From SAR202 cluster bacterium (GTDB lineage: Bacteria > Chloroflexota > Dehalococcoidia > Lucifugimonadales > UBA826): DNA of 64,000 nt. Position numbers and translations under genes: made by a program. The notes beneath the pieces were generated by a model. The model was not told the origin of the DNA and did no database searches. It saw only the letters and a program-made list of their open reading frames with translations. Shown here piece by piece: positions 18,021-27,557 of the stretch (its first letter is position 1; every line of letters begins with the position of its first letter). The stretch spans positions 464 to 64,463 of the forward strand of contig VFFS01000058.1 of the NCBI GenBank assembly GCA_009392815.1, given 5' to 3'.

Positions 18021-18674
18021 ATGTTGTTGGATCTCCACACTCACTCAATCGCCTCAGACGACTCCAGAGCCAGTGTTGAACAATACGTTCGCTGGGTTGG
18101 GGTGCTTCGCAAGAAAGGCCACTGCATCGACGGGTTCGTACTTACTGAGCACCGGCAATTCAATCACGATGTGGATTACTCAACGTTATCAGAGGCAAAT
18201 GAAATTCTAATTCTCAAAGGATCAGAATTAGATACTGATTGCGGTCACTTTTTGGTTTACGGTGTTACAAAAGAGATTACTGAACAAATAGATTTCTCTA
18301 ACGTAAATATGCATGCCGAAGATCTCGTGGAAATTTGTGACCAGATGGGGGCAATAGCCATACCAGCTCATCCTGGAAGAAGCGGCATAGGCTTTGCAGA
18401 ATATTTAGCTGGTGGACGTAAAGGATTTGACACAATCGAGATAGTTGAAGGATTGAATGGATCAAACCGTCCAGGTGAAGGAGAAAAAGCACAAGATCTA
18501 ATCAAAAGCAAAGGGTATAAATCAATCGGTGGAAGTGATGCGCATATAGTCAGTGCAATAGGAACTTGTATGACTAGGTTCACCGAGGATGTTAAGGATG
18601 AATCCGATCTTGTAAATAAGCTTCGTGAAGGTTTATTTAGACCAGTGCGATTGGAAGAATCTAAGGAACAATAA
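18021..18674 (+). CDS. PHP-domain metal-dependent phosphoesterase
   Basis: 217 aa. N-terminal DLHTHS, later TEH, and IPAHPGR and GGSDAH His clusters typical of the PHP fold. Confidence 0.75.
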   Translation: MLLDLHTHSIASDDSRASVEQYVRWVGVLRKKGHCIDGFVLTEHRQFNHDVDYSTLSEANEILILKGSELDTDCGHFLVYGVTKEITEQIDFSNVNMHAEDLVEICDQMGAIAIPAHPGRSGIGFAEYLAGGRKGFDTIEIVEGLNGSNRPGEGEKAQDLIKSKGYKSIGGSDAHIVSAIGTCMTRFTEDVKDESDLVNKLREGLFRPVRLEESKEQ

Positions 18675-18702
18675 ACAAAAATCTCCACAAGGGGAGCGAA
18701 CT

Positions 18703-19155
18703 ATGACAACTGATGAGGGTATCAAGTATGACCGAAGCCTTTTAGGAGTAGAGCATCCCATTGGGACATTCGATGTGACAAAAAAAATGATAGTGGGATT
18801 TGCGAGGTCGACAGGTGAAACCGATACGAAATTCATCGGAACCCCTGACGGCACTGGAGAGGTTGTTGCTCCATCCACGATATGTAATATCTTTGTAAAC
18901 GGAGTAACAAGGCCTGACATAAATCTGGAATTCGGTGATCTAAGTTTTTTCGCTGGACAATCCATCGAATGCAAATCGGAGATTAAACCTGGAGACACTC
19001 TCTCAGCGACGACGCGACTAGAAGAGGTCTATGCAAAAACCGGCAGATCGGGAAAAATGGTGTTTGCTGTATGGCAAACAACGTTTAGTAACCAGAATGA
19101 TGAAATTGTAGCGCTCGTAAATGAGTCATTTGTACGGAGGAATCGTAGCAAGTGA
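18703..19155 (+). CDS. hotdog-fold protein, MaoC-dehydratase N-terminal-like subunit
   Basis: The ORF-track start at 18625 overlaps the PHP gene. ATG 18703 has GGGGAG upstream. It resembles the non-catalytic N-terminal half of MaoC/FAS1-type dehydratases (IVGFARSTGE...). Its stop overlaps the next gene's start by 4 nt. Confidence 0.6.
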   Translation: MTTDEGIKYDRSLLGVEHPIGTFDVTKKMIVGFARSTGETDTKFIGTPDGTGEVVAPSTICNIFVNGVTRPDINLEFGDLSFFAGQSIECKSEIKPGDTLSATTRLEEVYAKTGRSGKMVFAVWQTTFSNQNDEIVALVNESFVRRNRSK

Positions 19156-19589
19156 GCAAAAAAAATATCTACTTTGAAGACGTCGAACTTGGTGACGATA
19201 TAGGGCCTGTCACGAGAACGGTAAAAAGTGATCAAGTATTCGAATTTGTGTCACTGAGGGAACCTGACCCAAATCCATCTCGGTTTACATCTGAGGAAGC
19301 TGCAAAAAAGGAAGGACTTCCTAATGCAATAGTACCTGGGGCCATGAACATTGCTCTAATGTCACAGATACTCACAGATTGGTCCCCAACTGTTTGCCTG
19401 AAGAAAATCGATGTGGTCTTCAGGGGGATGGTTCCACATGAGAAGTCTCTTGTTTTCAGCGGAATCGTTACTGATAAAGATGAATCTGGCGACAGTACCG
19501 ACCTTGAATGTGACATTGTTATGGAAAATCAAGAAGGCGTTAGACTTGTAATAGGGCATGCAGAATTCGCCCTTCCCAGCAGACCGTAA
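19152..19589 (+). CDS. hotdog-fold MaoC-like (R)-hydratase subunit with a degenerate hydratase-2 motif
   Basis: 145 aa, GTG start. It has DPNPSR where the canonical motif is D-x-N-P-[LIV]-H, followed by FTSEEAAKKEGLPNAIVPG. Confidence 0.6.
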   Translation: MSKKNIYFEDVELGDDIGPVTRTVKSDQVFEFVSLREPDPNPSRFTSEEAAKKEGLPNAIVPGAMNIALMSQILTDWSPTVCLKKIDVVFRGMVPHEKSLVFSGIVTDKDESGDSTDLECDIVMENQEGVRLVIGHAEFALPSRP

Positions 19590-19608
19590 ACTCGGTTACG
19601 ATTGCCAT

Positions 19609-22254
19609 ATGATCTCCATACAATTTGAAAAAAGGACTCTTTCAAACGGACTTGACGTGATAGTCCACACAGATAATTCCGTACCCATGGTAGCTGTTAA
19701 TGTGTGGTACCACGTGGGAGCAAAAAACGAAGAACCTGGCAAAACAGGATTCGCCCACCTTTTTGAACATGTCATGTTTGAAGGGTCTAAAAACCACAAT
19801 AAAGATTATTTTGAGCCTCTCCAAAAAATAGGTGCCAACATAAATGGCTCCACCACAAGTGACCGAACCAACTACTGGGAAACACTGCCTTCAAACTATA
19901 TGGATCTAGCTCTCTGGCTAGAATCTGACCGAATGGGGTTCTTACTTGAAGCACTTGACCAGGAAAGATTCGACCTCCAAAGGGACGTGGTCAAAAATGA
20001 GCGGAGGCAAAGCTACGAAAATAGGCCATATGGACTAGCATCACTCCAACTTCAAGGCTTATTATTCCCAGCCCCTCATCCATACAGCTGGCCCGTAATC
20101 GGTTCCCAAGAAGACCTTGATGCGGCAAGCTTAGATGACGTGAAAGACTTCTTTCGTAGACATTACCATCCTTCGAACGCAAGTCTAACTATCGCTGGAG
20201 ATGTAAACTCTGAGGAAGCCTTCAGCAGTGTCGAGAAGTATTTCAGCGATATTAGACCAGGTGAAGTTGCCCCTAAACTTCATGAAATACGTTCACCGCT
20301 TGTAGGGACAACCTCTGTCACTTTAGAGGACTCCGTTCAACTTCCACGACTATACATGGTGTGGCCCTCCCCAGCTGACTTTACAAATGAACAAGCTGCG
20401 CTCGATGTGTTATCTGTGATATTGGCCGACGGAAGAAGTTCCAGGCTTGAAAAAAACCTAGTGTATGAGGCCCAAAAAGCCCATGACGTCAGTGCATTCA
20501 ATCACGGTCAAGAAATAGCCGGTGAATTTCATTTGATAGCCACAGCAGCACCTGGCACTGAACTCGAAGACATCGAGATTGATTTGCTAAATCATGTTCG
20601 AAATATATCCATAACCCCTCCAAGTCAAAATGAGATGGAACGAGCCAGGAATAGAATTGAGAGCTACCACACTCGACAACTCGAAAAAATAGGAGGCTTT
20701 GGAGGTAGAGCAGACCAGCTAAATTTTTATAGTGTTCTCGGGGGTGATCCAGAACTAATAAACAATGACATAGAACGATACAGATCGATAACACCTGACG
20801 ATGTTTCAAAAGCCGCTCTTTCGTTGGGTAACGATATGGTAAGAATGGCAGTCATGCCTAGGACAAGTAAAACTATCTCGGTTTCCAGTCTGGATAGAAC
20901 CAAAATACCAAAAGAGTCCGGTGTAATATCCTTTTCACCACCGAAGCCCGAAAGAGTAAAACTCTCAAATGGGGACCAAATTCTTTATTTAAATAAGCCT
21001 CAACTCCCTATTACAAGCATCGGGGTTCTACTTGGAAATGGAGGCATCAGTGACCCACAAAACACACCAGGCCTCACCAGGTTTACAACAACAATGCTCG
21101 GTGAAGGCACTGGAACAAGAAGCAGCTCTCAAATAGCAGAGGAAATTGAATTTTTAGGTTCCAGCCTCTCTCATCGTACTAGTCGAGAATACTCAATAGC
21201 CTCGGTCAGTGGCCTATCAAGCCATTTAGGAACAGGAATTGAAATCCTAGCGGATATAATCACTAACTCAACATTCCCTGATAAAGAACTGGAAAGAGTT
21301 CGAAATGAAAAAGTGGCTGACCTTAGCACTTTCAAAGATAATGCCGACTTAATTGCTGATATAGCTAGTATGGGAATACTCTTTGGTCAGAATTCCCCCT
21401 ACGGACACTCAATGTCTGGTTCTGAAAATTCCGTATCACGCGTAACCAAAAAAGATCTCCAGAAACACTACAGGCAAGACATTAGTGAAAATCGAAAATT
21501 ATTTGTGGCAGTAGGTAGCGAAAAACTTGAGGCAGTCGTAGAAAAAATTGAGACCTCTTTTGCCAACGGAAAAAAACAACCGCCTAAAAATATCTTCGAT
21601 AACGAAAGTGAAACACACGGGGAACCAGGTATATACATAATAGATAGGCCTGGTGCTCCTCAATCGGTCATACGCGCTGGACACTTAACAGTACCCAGAG
21701 ATCACAAAGATTTCTTCGCACTCTCATTTGTGAATTATGTTTTAGGTGGAGACTATACAAGTCGACTTAATCTGAACTTGAGACAAGATAAAGGCTATAG
21801 CTATGGCTTTTATTCCAGAATCGAGTGGTTGCGAAAAAGATCGGTATGGCTTGCCCGGGGAAGCGTACAAACTGAAGTGACTAAAGAAGCTGTTCAAGAA
21901 ATTATCGGTGAGTTCTCCAATCTGCATTCAGACAGACCAATTGAAGAAGGTGAGTTTGATAGAGCTAAAGAGGGAATATTGAAAGGGATGCCTTCAAACT
22001 TCGAAACCATCTCCCAGATGATGTCTTCTCTGGTTGGAATGGCAGCACATGATCTTCAAGATGACTATTTTCACCAAAGTCTTGAATCAATCACGTCTCT
22101 TGGCAGAAGTGAGACATTGGATGCAGCTATATCCCATGTGGACCCCAAAAGCCTCATTATTGTGGTGGTAGGAGATAAAGCTAACATAGAAAAAGGATTA
22201 TCTGAAATAAAGCTTCCTATCACGACGTGTGATATGTATGGTAATCCACTCTAG
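19609..22254 (+). CDS. M16-family zinc peptidase, double-length (pitrilysin/insulinase-like)
   Basis: ATG 19609 gives MISIQFEKRTLSNGL. Inverted zinc motif HLFEHVMFEG (HxxEH) and a second inactive M16 unit in the C-terminal half. Confidence 0.85.
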   Translation: MISIQFEKRTLSNGLDVIVHTDNSVPMVAVNVWYHVGAKNEEPGKTGFAHLFEHVMFEGSKNHNKDYFEPLQKIGANINGSTTSDRTNYWETLPSNYMDLALWLESDRMGFLLEALDQERFDLQRDVVKNERRQSYENRPYGLASLQLQGLLFPAPHPYSWPVIGSQEDLDAASLDDVKDFFRRHYHPSNASLTIAGDVNSEEAFSSVEKYFSDIRPGEVAPKLHEIRSPLVGTTSVTLEDSVQLPRLYMVWPSPADFTNEQAALDVLSVILADGRSSRLEKNLVYEAQKAHDVSAFNHGQEIAGEFHLIATAAPGTELEDIEIDLLNHVRNISITPPSQNEMERARNRIESYHTRQLEKIGGFGGRADQLNFYSVLGGDPELINNDIERYRSITPDDVSKAALSLGNDMVRMAVMPRTSKTISVSSLDRTKIPKESGVISFSPPKPERVKLSNGDQILYLNKPQLPITSIGVLLGNGGISDPQNTPGLTRFTTTMLGEGTGTRSSSQIAEEIEFLGSSLSHRTSREYSIASVSGLSSHLGTGIEILADIITNSTFPDKELERVRNEKVADLSTFKDNADLIADIASMGILFGQNSPYGHSMSGSENSVSRVTKKDLQKHYRQDISENRKLFVAVGSEKLEAVVEKIETSFANGKKQPPKNIFDNESETHGEPGIYIIDRPGAPQSVIRAGHLTVPRDHKDFFALSFVNYVLGGDYTSRLNLNLRQDKGYSYGFYSRIEWLRKRSVWLARGSVQTEVTKEAVQEIIGEFSNLHSDRPIEEGEFDRAKEGILKGMPSNFETISQMMSSLVGMAAHDLQDDYFHQSLESITSLGRSETLDAAISHVDPKSLIIVVVGDKANIEKGLSEIKLPITTCDMYGNPL

Positions 22255-22285
22255 AAATACGGCTAAAATCCCCCCGATCAGTCTT

Positions 22286-22978
22286 TCAACTTCTCACCTC
22301 AAAATTACTATCTTGTGACCCATCCAAGTGTGTTGCATCATTGAGAGATAATACAGACCACCCGCTTTTGTCGAAAACAAACCGTGATATGGAAGTGTTT
22401 CCAATTCCTAATCGGTAGGTTAATCTATCATCAAATCCCATAATGTATTGAAAAATAGCCCTACTGGTGTTTCCATGGCCAACTATGGCAACTTTCAAAG
22501 AAATAGGTTTCGAAGCCAATTCCCTGTTGTAAATTAACTCATCTTCCAACCAATTCGTAGCTCGCCTCTGAACTTCCCTAATAGATTCTCCATCCGGCCC
22601 CACAAAATCTCTTCCCTTTGTTGACATATATGCTCTAACTTCATTAGTCATCACCTCGGATATTGGTTTCCCTCTCCAGCCAGCCACTTGCTGCTCGATT
22701 ATGGCATCCACTTTATGGAATGATCTGTCTTTTTGTCCCATACCTTCAAGCATCAACTTTGTTGTATGTACAGTTCTGGCAAGACTAGAACTATAGATAC
22801 GATCAAATTCCCATTCCTGTCTCTTTATCTTTTCCCCAAGAAGATAAGCTTGCTGCTGACCACGAGGCGTTAGTGGAGCATCATAATTGGAACCAGCTGC
22901 CATACCTGGCGTAGCGTTGGATTCTGATTCTCCATGCCTAATAAAAAATAAATCACATTTGAAATCTTGATGAATCAT
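22286..22978 (-). CDS. histidine phosphatase family protein (phosphoglycerate-mutase-like)
   Basis: RHGESESN catalytic motif and a later VGHGN. The second ATG (22978) is preferred because GGAGAGG lies 7 nt upstream. The ORF track starts at 22999. Confidence 0.8.
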   Translation of the reverse strand: MIHQDFKCDLFFIRHGESESNATPGMAAGSNYDAPLTPRGQQQAYLLGEKIKRQEWEFDRIYSSSLARTVHTTKLMLEGMGQKDRSFHKVDAIIEQQVAGWRGKPISEVMTNEVRAYMSTKGRDFVGPDGESIREVQRRATNWLEDELIYNRELASKPISLKVAIVGHGNTSRAIFQYIMGFDDRLTYRLGIGNTSISRFVFDKSGWSVLSLNDATHLDGSQDSNFEVRS

Positions 22979-23128
22979 ATAAAGGCCTCTCCAGTTCATA
23001 ACTTGAATACAAAGGGGGTTGTCACCCTATAATGTCGCAGAACAAACCCCAACTGGAACATCTAGTGCCAGCCACTAGAAAAGATACGCTTTGTTGAAAT
23101 ATTTGTAAAAGCAAGGAGACATTTAGAT

Positions 23129-24052
23129 ATGGGAAACAGGTTGGAAGGCAAGGTGGCCATAGTAACTGGAGGTGGTAGAGGAATTGGGAAAGGAATATCA
23201 AAGCTTCTCTCCGAAGAGGGTGCTGCTGTCGTCGTCAATGATAAAGGTACAGAAGTGGACGGGACTGGGTCGTCCAATACGCCTGCCGATATGGTAGTTG
23301 AAGAAATAAAGTCTAGCGGAGGCACTGCTGTTCCAAATTATGACGATGTTTCTTTGATGGAAGGCGGAGAATCGGTGGTACAAACTGCCGTCGACGCTTT
23401 TGGTAAGGTAGATATCCTTGTCAACTCCGCTGGCTCTCTCAGAGACAGAATGATTTACCAAATGACACCAGAGGATTTTGACTCTGTTGTCAGGAATAAT
23501 GCAAAAAGTGCATTCACAACAACAAAATTTGCAGCGATTCTGTTCCGGCAACAAAGAAGCGGAAGAATCGTAAACATGACTGCAGATTCTGGACTGGGAG
23601 ACGTAGGACGTTCAAACTATGCTGCCGCTTCAGAAGCAATTATTGGTCTAACGAGGACGACTGCCAAAGACCTTGGCAAATATGGTGTGACTGCTAATGC
23701 GATATCTCCCCTTGCAGAAACTCGTCTATACCCTGGGTCAGTCGAGGAGAAACGCACTAGTGTAGTCGTAGGACCAACAAGAGATCAGAGAGCCGGTATA
23801 GGGCCGTCCCCTGAGATCGAAATATGGGAGGGAGATGGATATCCTGACCATCCAGAAAATGTAGCTCCCCTGGCGGTATACCTTTGCACTGACGGGTCCC
23901 CGAATATCAATGGATACGTATTAGGTGTAAGAGGGGGAAGTTTATACGTATACTCCAACCCTCAAATTGAAAAAGTTGTTAATAAATGGGGCAATTTCAC
24001 CATGGAAGAAATGGACACATTGTTTCCCAAAATGATGGGTACTGGATTTTAA
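23129..24052 (+). CDS. SDR, MFE-2 (3R)-hydroxyacyl-CoA dehydrogenase-like, lacking the catalytic Lys
   Basis: 307 aa. TGGGRGIG, VVVNDKG..DG.GSS..PAD.VV.EI as in the HSD17B4 dehydrogenase domain, and NSAG. The active site reads NYAAAS instead of YxxxK. Confidence 0.75.
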   Translation: MGNRLEGKVAIVTGGGRGIGKGISKLLSEEGAAVVVNDKGTEVDGTGSSNTPADMVVEEIKSSGGTAVPNYDDVSLMEGGESVVQTAVDAFGKVDILVNSAGSLRDRMIYQMTPEDFDSVVRNNAKSAFTTTKFAAILFRQQRSGRIVNMTADSGLGDVGRSNYAAASEAIIGLTRTTAKDLGKYGVTANAISPLAETRLYPGSVEEKRTSVVVGPTRDQRAGIGPSPEIEIWEGDGYPDHPENVAPLAVYLCTDGSPNINGYVLGVRGGSLYVYSNPQIEKVVNKWGNFTMEEMDTLFPKMMGTGF

Positions 24053-24119
24053 TTGGAACATTTGTAAGCGTTCGAACACCATCAATACTTAAAATGCACT
24101 AATAACGGAGAAACAAACA

Positions 24120-25061
24120 ATGGGTGAGAGAGTAAAAGAAAGAGTAGCTATAGTGACAGGCTCTGGAAGAGGAATTGGTCGAGAGGTAGCCTTATGGTTG
24201 GCCAGAGACGGGGCAAAAATAGTTGTCAACGACCTAGGGGGATCAGTAGACGGAAGTGGAGACTCAGCAACTCCTGCAGATCAAGTAGTGGAAGAGATAA
24301 AGGCACTGGGAGGGGAAGCAGTGGCATGTTATGACTCTGTTGCGGATTATGAGGGAGCACAAAATATTGTTAAAACCGCAGTGGATAACTTCGGGGGAAT
24401 AGATATTCTTTGTCACCCCGCTGGAATCTTAAGAGACAGAATGATATTTAACATGACTGAAGAAGAGTGGGATGCTGTTCTTCAGGTACATCTTTACGGG
24501 GCTTTTAACATGGTTAGAAGCGTGGCCCCGCATATGGTGAAACAAAATTATGGACGGATCGTACTCTTCTCATCAGGATCTGGACTAGGAGCTTCAGGAC
24601 AGGCAAATTACGCTGCCGCCAAAGAGGGAATGGTAGGTTTCACCAGGGCGGTAGCTAAAGAACTACATCCGTACGGAATTATGGTAAACGCAGTATATCC
24701 AGGTGGCGCTACCAGAATGACCGATACGGTGCCACAAAGCACAACCGAGCTAAGGCAGGCCCAAAGAGAGGCGGCTGGACTACCACCCCAAACAAGACCT
24801 ACTGAACTGCCCGAAGAAAGTAGAGACCCCGCAAACAACGCCCCCAAAGTTGTTTACTTGTCTTCGGAAGCTGCAGAGGGAATATCTGGCCAAGTATTTG
24901 GCACGAGTGGTTGGGCCCTTTCGTTATATTCGCCAAGACATGTCATAAAAAGTATCCATAAGAACGGAAGGTGGACCCTAGATGAATTAGATGACTTGGT
25001 TCCGTTTTCTCTGGCAGATGGACTGATAAACCCTGTGCCTGCAGAGCAACCAAGAACATAG
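24120..25061 (+). CDS. SDR, MFE-2 (3R)-hydroxyacyl-CoA dehydrogenase-like (canonical active site)
   Basis: 313 aa. TGSGRGIG, VVNDLGGSVDGSGDSATPADQVVEEI, and a canonical Ser...YAAAK. Confidence 0.8.
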   Translation: MGERVKERVAIVTGSGRGIGREVALWLARDGAKIVVNDLGGSVDGSGDSATPADQVVEEIKALGGEAVACYDSVADYEGAQNIVKTAVDNFGGIDILCHPAGILRDRMIFNMTEEEWDAVLQVHLYGAFNMVRSVAPHMVKQNYGRIVLFSSGSGLGASGQANYAAAKEGMVGFTRAVAKELHPYGIMVNAVYPGGATRMTDTVPQSTTELRQAQREAAGLPPQTRPTELPEESRDPANNAPKVVYLSSEAAEGISGQVFGTSGWALSLYSPRHVIKSIHKNGRWTLDELDDLVPFSLADGLINPVPAEQPRT

Positions 25062-25149
25062 AAATCCATAGCCTTTTTACACAATATTGAAAAATATCGA
25101 GGTACTATGTATCTGGATGGCAGTTAACCTATGCTAGACTCTGGCTAAT

Positions 25150-25773
25150 ATGAATTGGCTTGACGTAATAATAATCATATGCGTTGCGATATCCGTGTTT
25201 TGGGGTATTCGCAACGGTCTATTAGGAACTTCATTATTCTTCCTTGGAATGTTGATTGGCTGGTTTATTGCCGGAAGGGTTTCCGAGATGGTTGGAGACT
25301 CCTTAAAACTATCCAAAAGTATGGATGCGAGCATAACTGTACTAACGTATTTACTCATCATAAGTATCTCAATAGTACTCACACGTTCGGCCATTAGATT
25401 GATAAAACCAGTCTCAACAGTTGTTGACATAGCAACGCTTGGAATTAATAGATTGGCTGGAGTGGCAATAGGACTCCTAACAGGAATCATCATAGGAGCT
25501 GTTATTGTTATAGTGATGGCTAGGTTCAGCTATGAATTCGATTTACATGATTCGGTATCTGGGATGGCTCCTGGTCCTACGGCTTTAATTATCAATTCAG
25601 GTTCTGTGGTAGCAAGCCTAGAAAACACAAAAAATGTCACCGACAAAGCTCTGACCAAGTCCACAATTGCAGGAGCGTACGTCAAGCTATTTACCACGCT
25701 TCCAGGCAATTCCCTCGGTTTCCTACCTGGAGATTTTATGGCTGCGCTTGAAATAATGGATTCGAGGCGGTAG
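25150..25773 (+). CDS. cvpA: CvpA-family membrane protein
   Basis: 207 aa. N-terminal MNWLDVIIII..VFWGIRNGLL and four predicted TM helices, typical of the colicin V production protein family. Confidence 0.7.
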   Translation: MNWLDVIIIICVAISVFWGIRNGLLGTSLFFLGMLIGWFIAGRVSEMVGDSLKLSKSMDASITVLTYLLIISISIVLTRSAIRLIKPVSTVVDIATLGINRLAGVAIGLLTGIIIGAVIVIVMARFSYEFDLHDSVSGMAPGPTALIINSGSVVASLENTKNVTDKALTKSTIAGAYVKLFTTLPGNSLGFLPGDFMAALEIMDSRR

Positions 25774-25778
25774 AAAAT

Positions 25779-26306
25779 ATGACTGCTTCAGCTATGAGTA
25801 CAATCGATTCACCAGTGTTGGTACTGAATCAAAATTACCAGCCGCTGAATATTTGCAGTGCTCGCCGTGCATTGATTCTGATGGGCCGAGGAAAAGCAGA
25901 ACCAATAATAAACGGCTCCGGCGAAGTACGGAGTGTGGCTGACATATTCCCACTTCCTTCAGTAGTCCGACTTTACTACATGGTAAAAAAACCATTGGTC
26001 AGAAGAAAATTATCTAGGCAAGCACTCTTTTACAGGGACAATTTTACCTGCCAATACTGTGGAAAAGGAACAAAAAAACTAACAATCGACCACATACAGC
26101 CGAGGTGCAAGGGTGGTAAGCACACTTGGGAAAATGTAGTCAGTGCATGCAGTAAATGCAACCATAAAAAAGCAGGTCTAACTCCAGCAGAAGCCAGTAT
26201 GAGACTCAGAACCCATCCTAAAGCCCCCAGCCCCAATCCTTACTACATTTTTTATCATAGGAAACTGGAAGATGAATGGCGCCAATTCATCCCTTGGGAA
26301 AATTAG
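25779..26306 (+). CDS. HNH endonuclease-domain protein
   Basis: 175 aa. Motif CQYCG...DHIQPRCKGGKHTWENVVSACSKCNHKK (a Cys4 zinc site plus the H-N-H core). Confidence 0.85.
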   Translation: MTASAMSTIDSPVLVLNQNYQPLNICSARRALILMGRGKAEPIINGSGEVRSVADIFPLPSVVRLYYMVKKPLVRRKLSRQALFYRDNFTCQYCGKGTKKLTIDHIQPRCKGGKHTWENVVSACSKCNHKKAGLTPAEASMRLRTHPKAPSPNPYYIFYHRKLEDEWRQFIPWEN

Positions 26307-26358
26307 CTGGAAAGAGCATCCGTCATTGGCAACGTTACTTAATACACCCAAAACGGTT

Positions 26359-27405
26359 TTATAGGGCTGAGATCGCAACCACTGGAAGTTTCAGCATGAG
26401 GTTGTCACAAACAAGTCGAGGACTCACGTTCTTTTGAAGATTATCGACGGCTATTCTTATTTGGGATATTGCTTTTACAATCTGCGTTGTCGTGAGTGAA
26501 TTCAATATTAATTTCATTGTTTCTATTCTAGAAATATTAACTATTCCCTCATCATTATCTACACTCAGCATCAATAAATCTCGCCACCAAGTCAGCATCA
26601 GGTCCATGTCATGAATTACTACTCTTCTATCCTCACGAAATCTCATTGAAACCATACGTGAAAATTCAAATTTTTCCTCAAGTGAGCCCATAACCGCAGA
26701 TTCAAGCGAATCAAGATATTTTTCTATGTCTTCAACAACAGTGGAGTCAATTGAGGCTCTTATAGCCCATCCAATCCTACCTCTAGAAAGCCTTGCTATC
26801 TCTTTTTTTTCGATTTCTGTTGAAAACTCCCGATTCTCTATAGCCTCCATTACTTTTCTAGTACTAACCGGCTTAAGTTGGAGAAGCTGACACCTAGAAA
26901 CGATCGTCTCAAGTAAGTTTTCCGTTCCTGACGCCAAAAGAATTATTATCGTATCGTCAGGAGGCTCCTCCAAAGTTTTAAGTAATATGTTTGACTGTTC
27001 GGATCTCATCAAGTCAGCCGACGTGATGATAAACACCCTGGTTCGACCCTCAAAGGGCTTTCTGTGTATTTGTTTGAGGAAATCTTCCCTAAGTTGCTCC
27101 ATCGTAATCGTAGTCGATAGATTCCCACTCGCGTCCTCTCTCCTCTCTAAATCATATGTGAATACATCGGTATGATGACCCAACTCGATTCGTCGGCACT
27201 GAGAACATTCACCACAAGGTCTTATTATTACTTCGAGCGTTTCGCAATTTGCTGCTTTGGCTATATCAAGGGCAAGTGTCATCTTACCCACACCTTCCAC
27301 TCCAGTGATAAGGAATGAGTGCGACAATCTATCCTGTTCTACAGCTTTACCAACCACTTCCATTATTAGATCGTGTCCTAAAGTGGCCCAGTTCCGAGTA
27401 TTCAT
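26359..27405 (-). CDS. holB: DNA polymerase III delta-prime subunit
   Basis: 348 aa. LSHSFLITGVEGVGKMT, zinc module CGECSQCRRI, HTDV, and a sensor region LKTLEEPP. Confidence 0.85.
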   Translation of the reverse strand: MNTRNWATLGHDLIMEVVGKAVEQDRLSHSFLITGVEGVGKMTLALDIAKAANCETLEVIIRPCGECSQCRRIELGHHTDVFTYDLERREDASGNLSTTITMEQLREDFLKQIHRKPFEGRTRVFIITSADLMRSEQSNILLKTLEEPPDDTIIILLASGTENLLETIVSRCQLLQLKPVSTRKVMEAIENREFSTEIEKKEIARLSRGRIGWAIRASIDSTVVEDIEKYLDSLESAVMGSLEEKFEFSRMVSMRFREDRRVVIHDMDLMLTWWRDLLMLSVDNDEGIVNISRIETMKLILNSLTTTQIVKAISQIRIAVDNLQKNVSPRLVCDNLMLKLPVVAISAL

Positions 27406-27557
27406 TAATTTCCATTGGTATGAATATTGTTAAAGGAATAAAATAGATACTATCAGAGGTTGTTCAGTTAACAACCAAAACATCTCATTTTGGCAAGCTA
27501 TAATTAAGGGAATTGAATCGACTCCTATAATCCTCTAGAAATCTTTTAATCCTCAAT

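Noticed and set aside
25779-26306. I considered the HNH endonuclease as part of a defence system or a homing element.
   Set aside because: It is a stand-alone 175-aa HNH protein placed 5 nt after cvpA. It has no methyltransferase, helicase, ATPase or intein/intron context. This small HNH type is widely conserved as a chromosomal gene.
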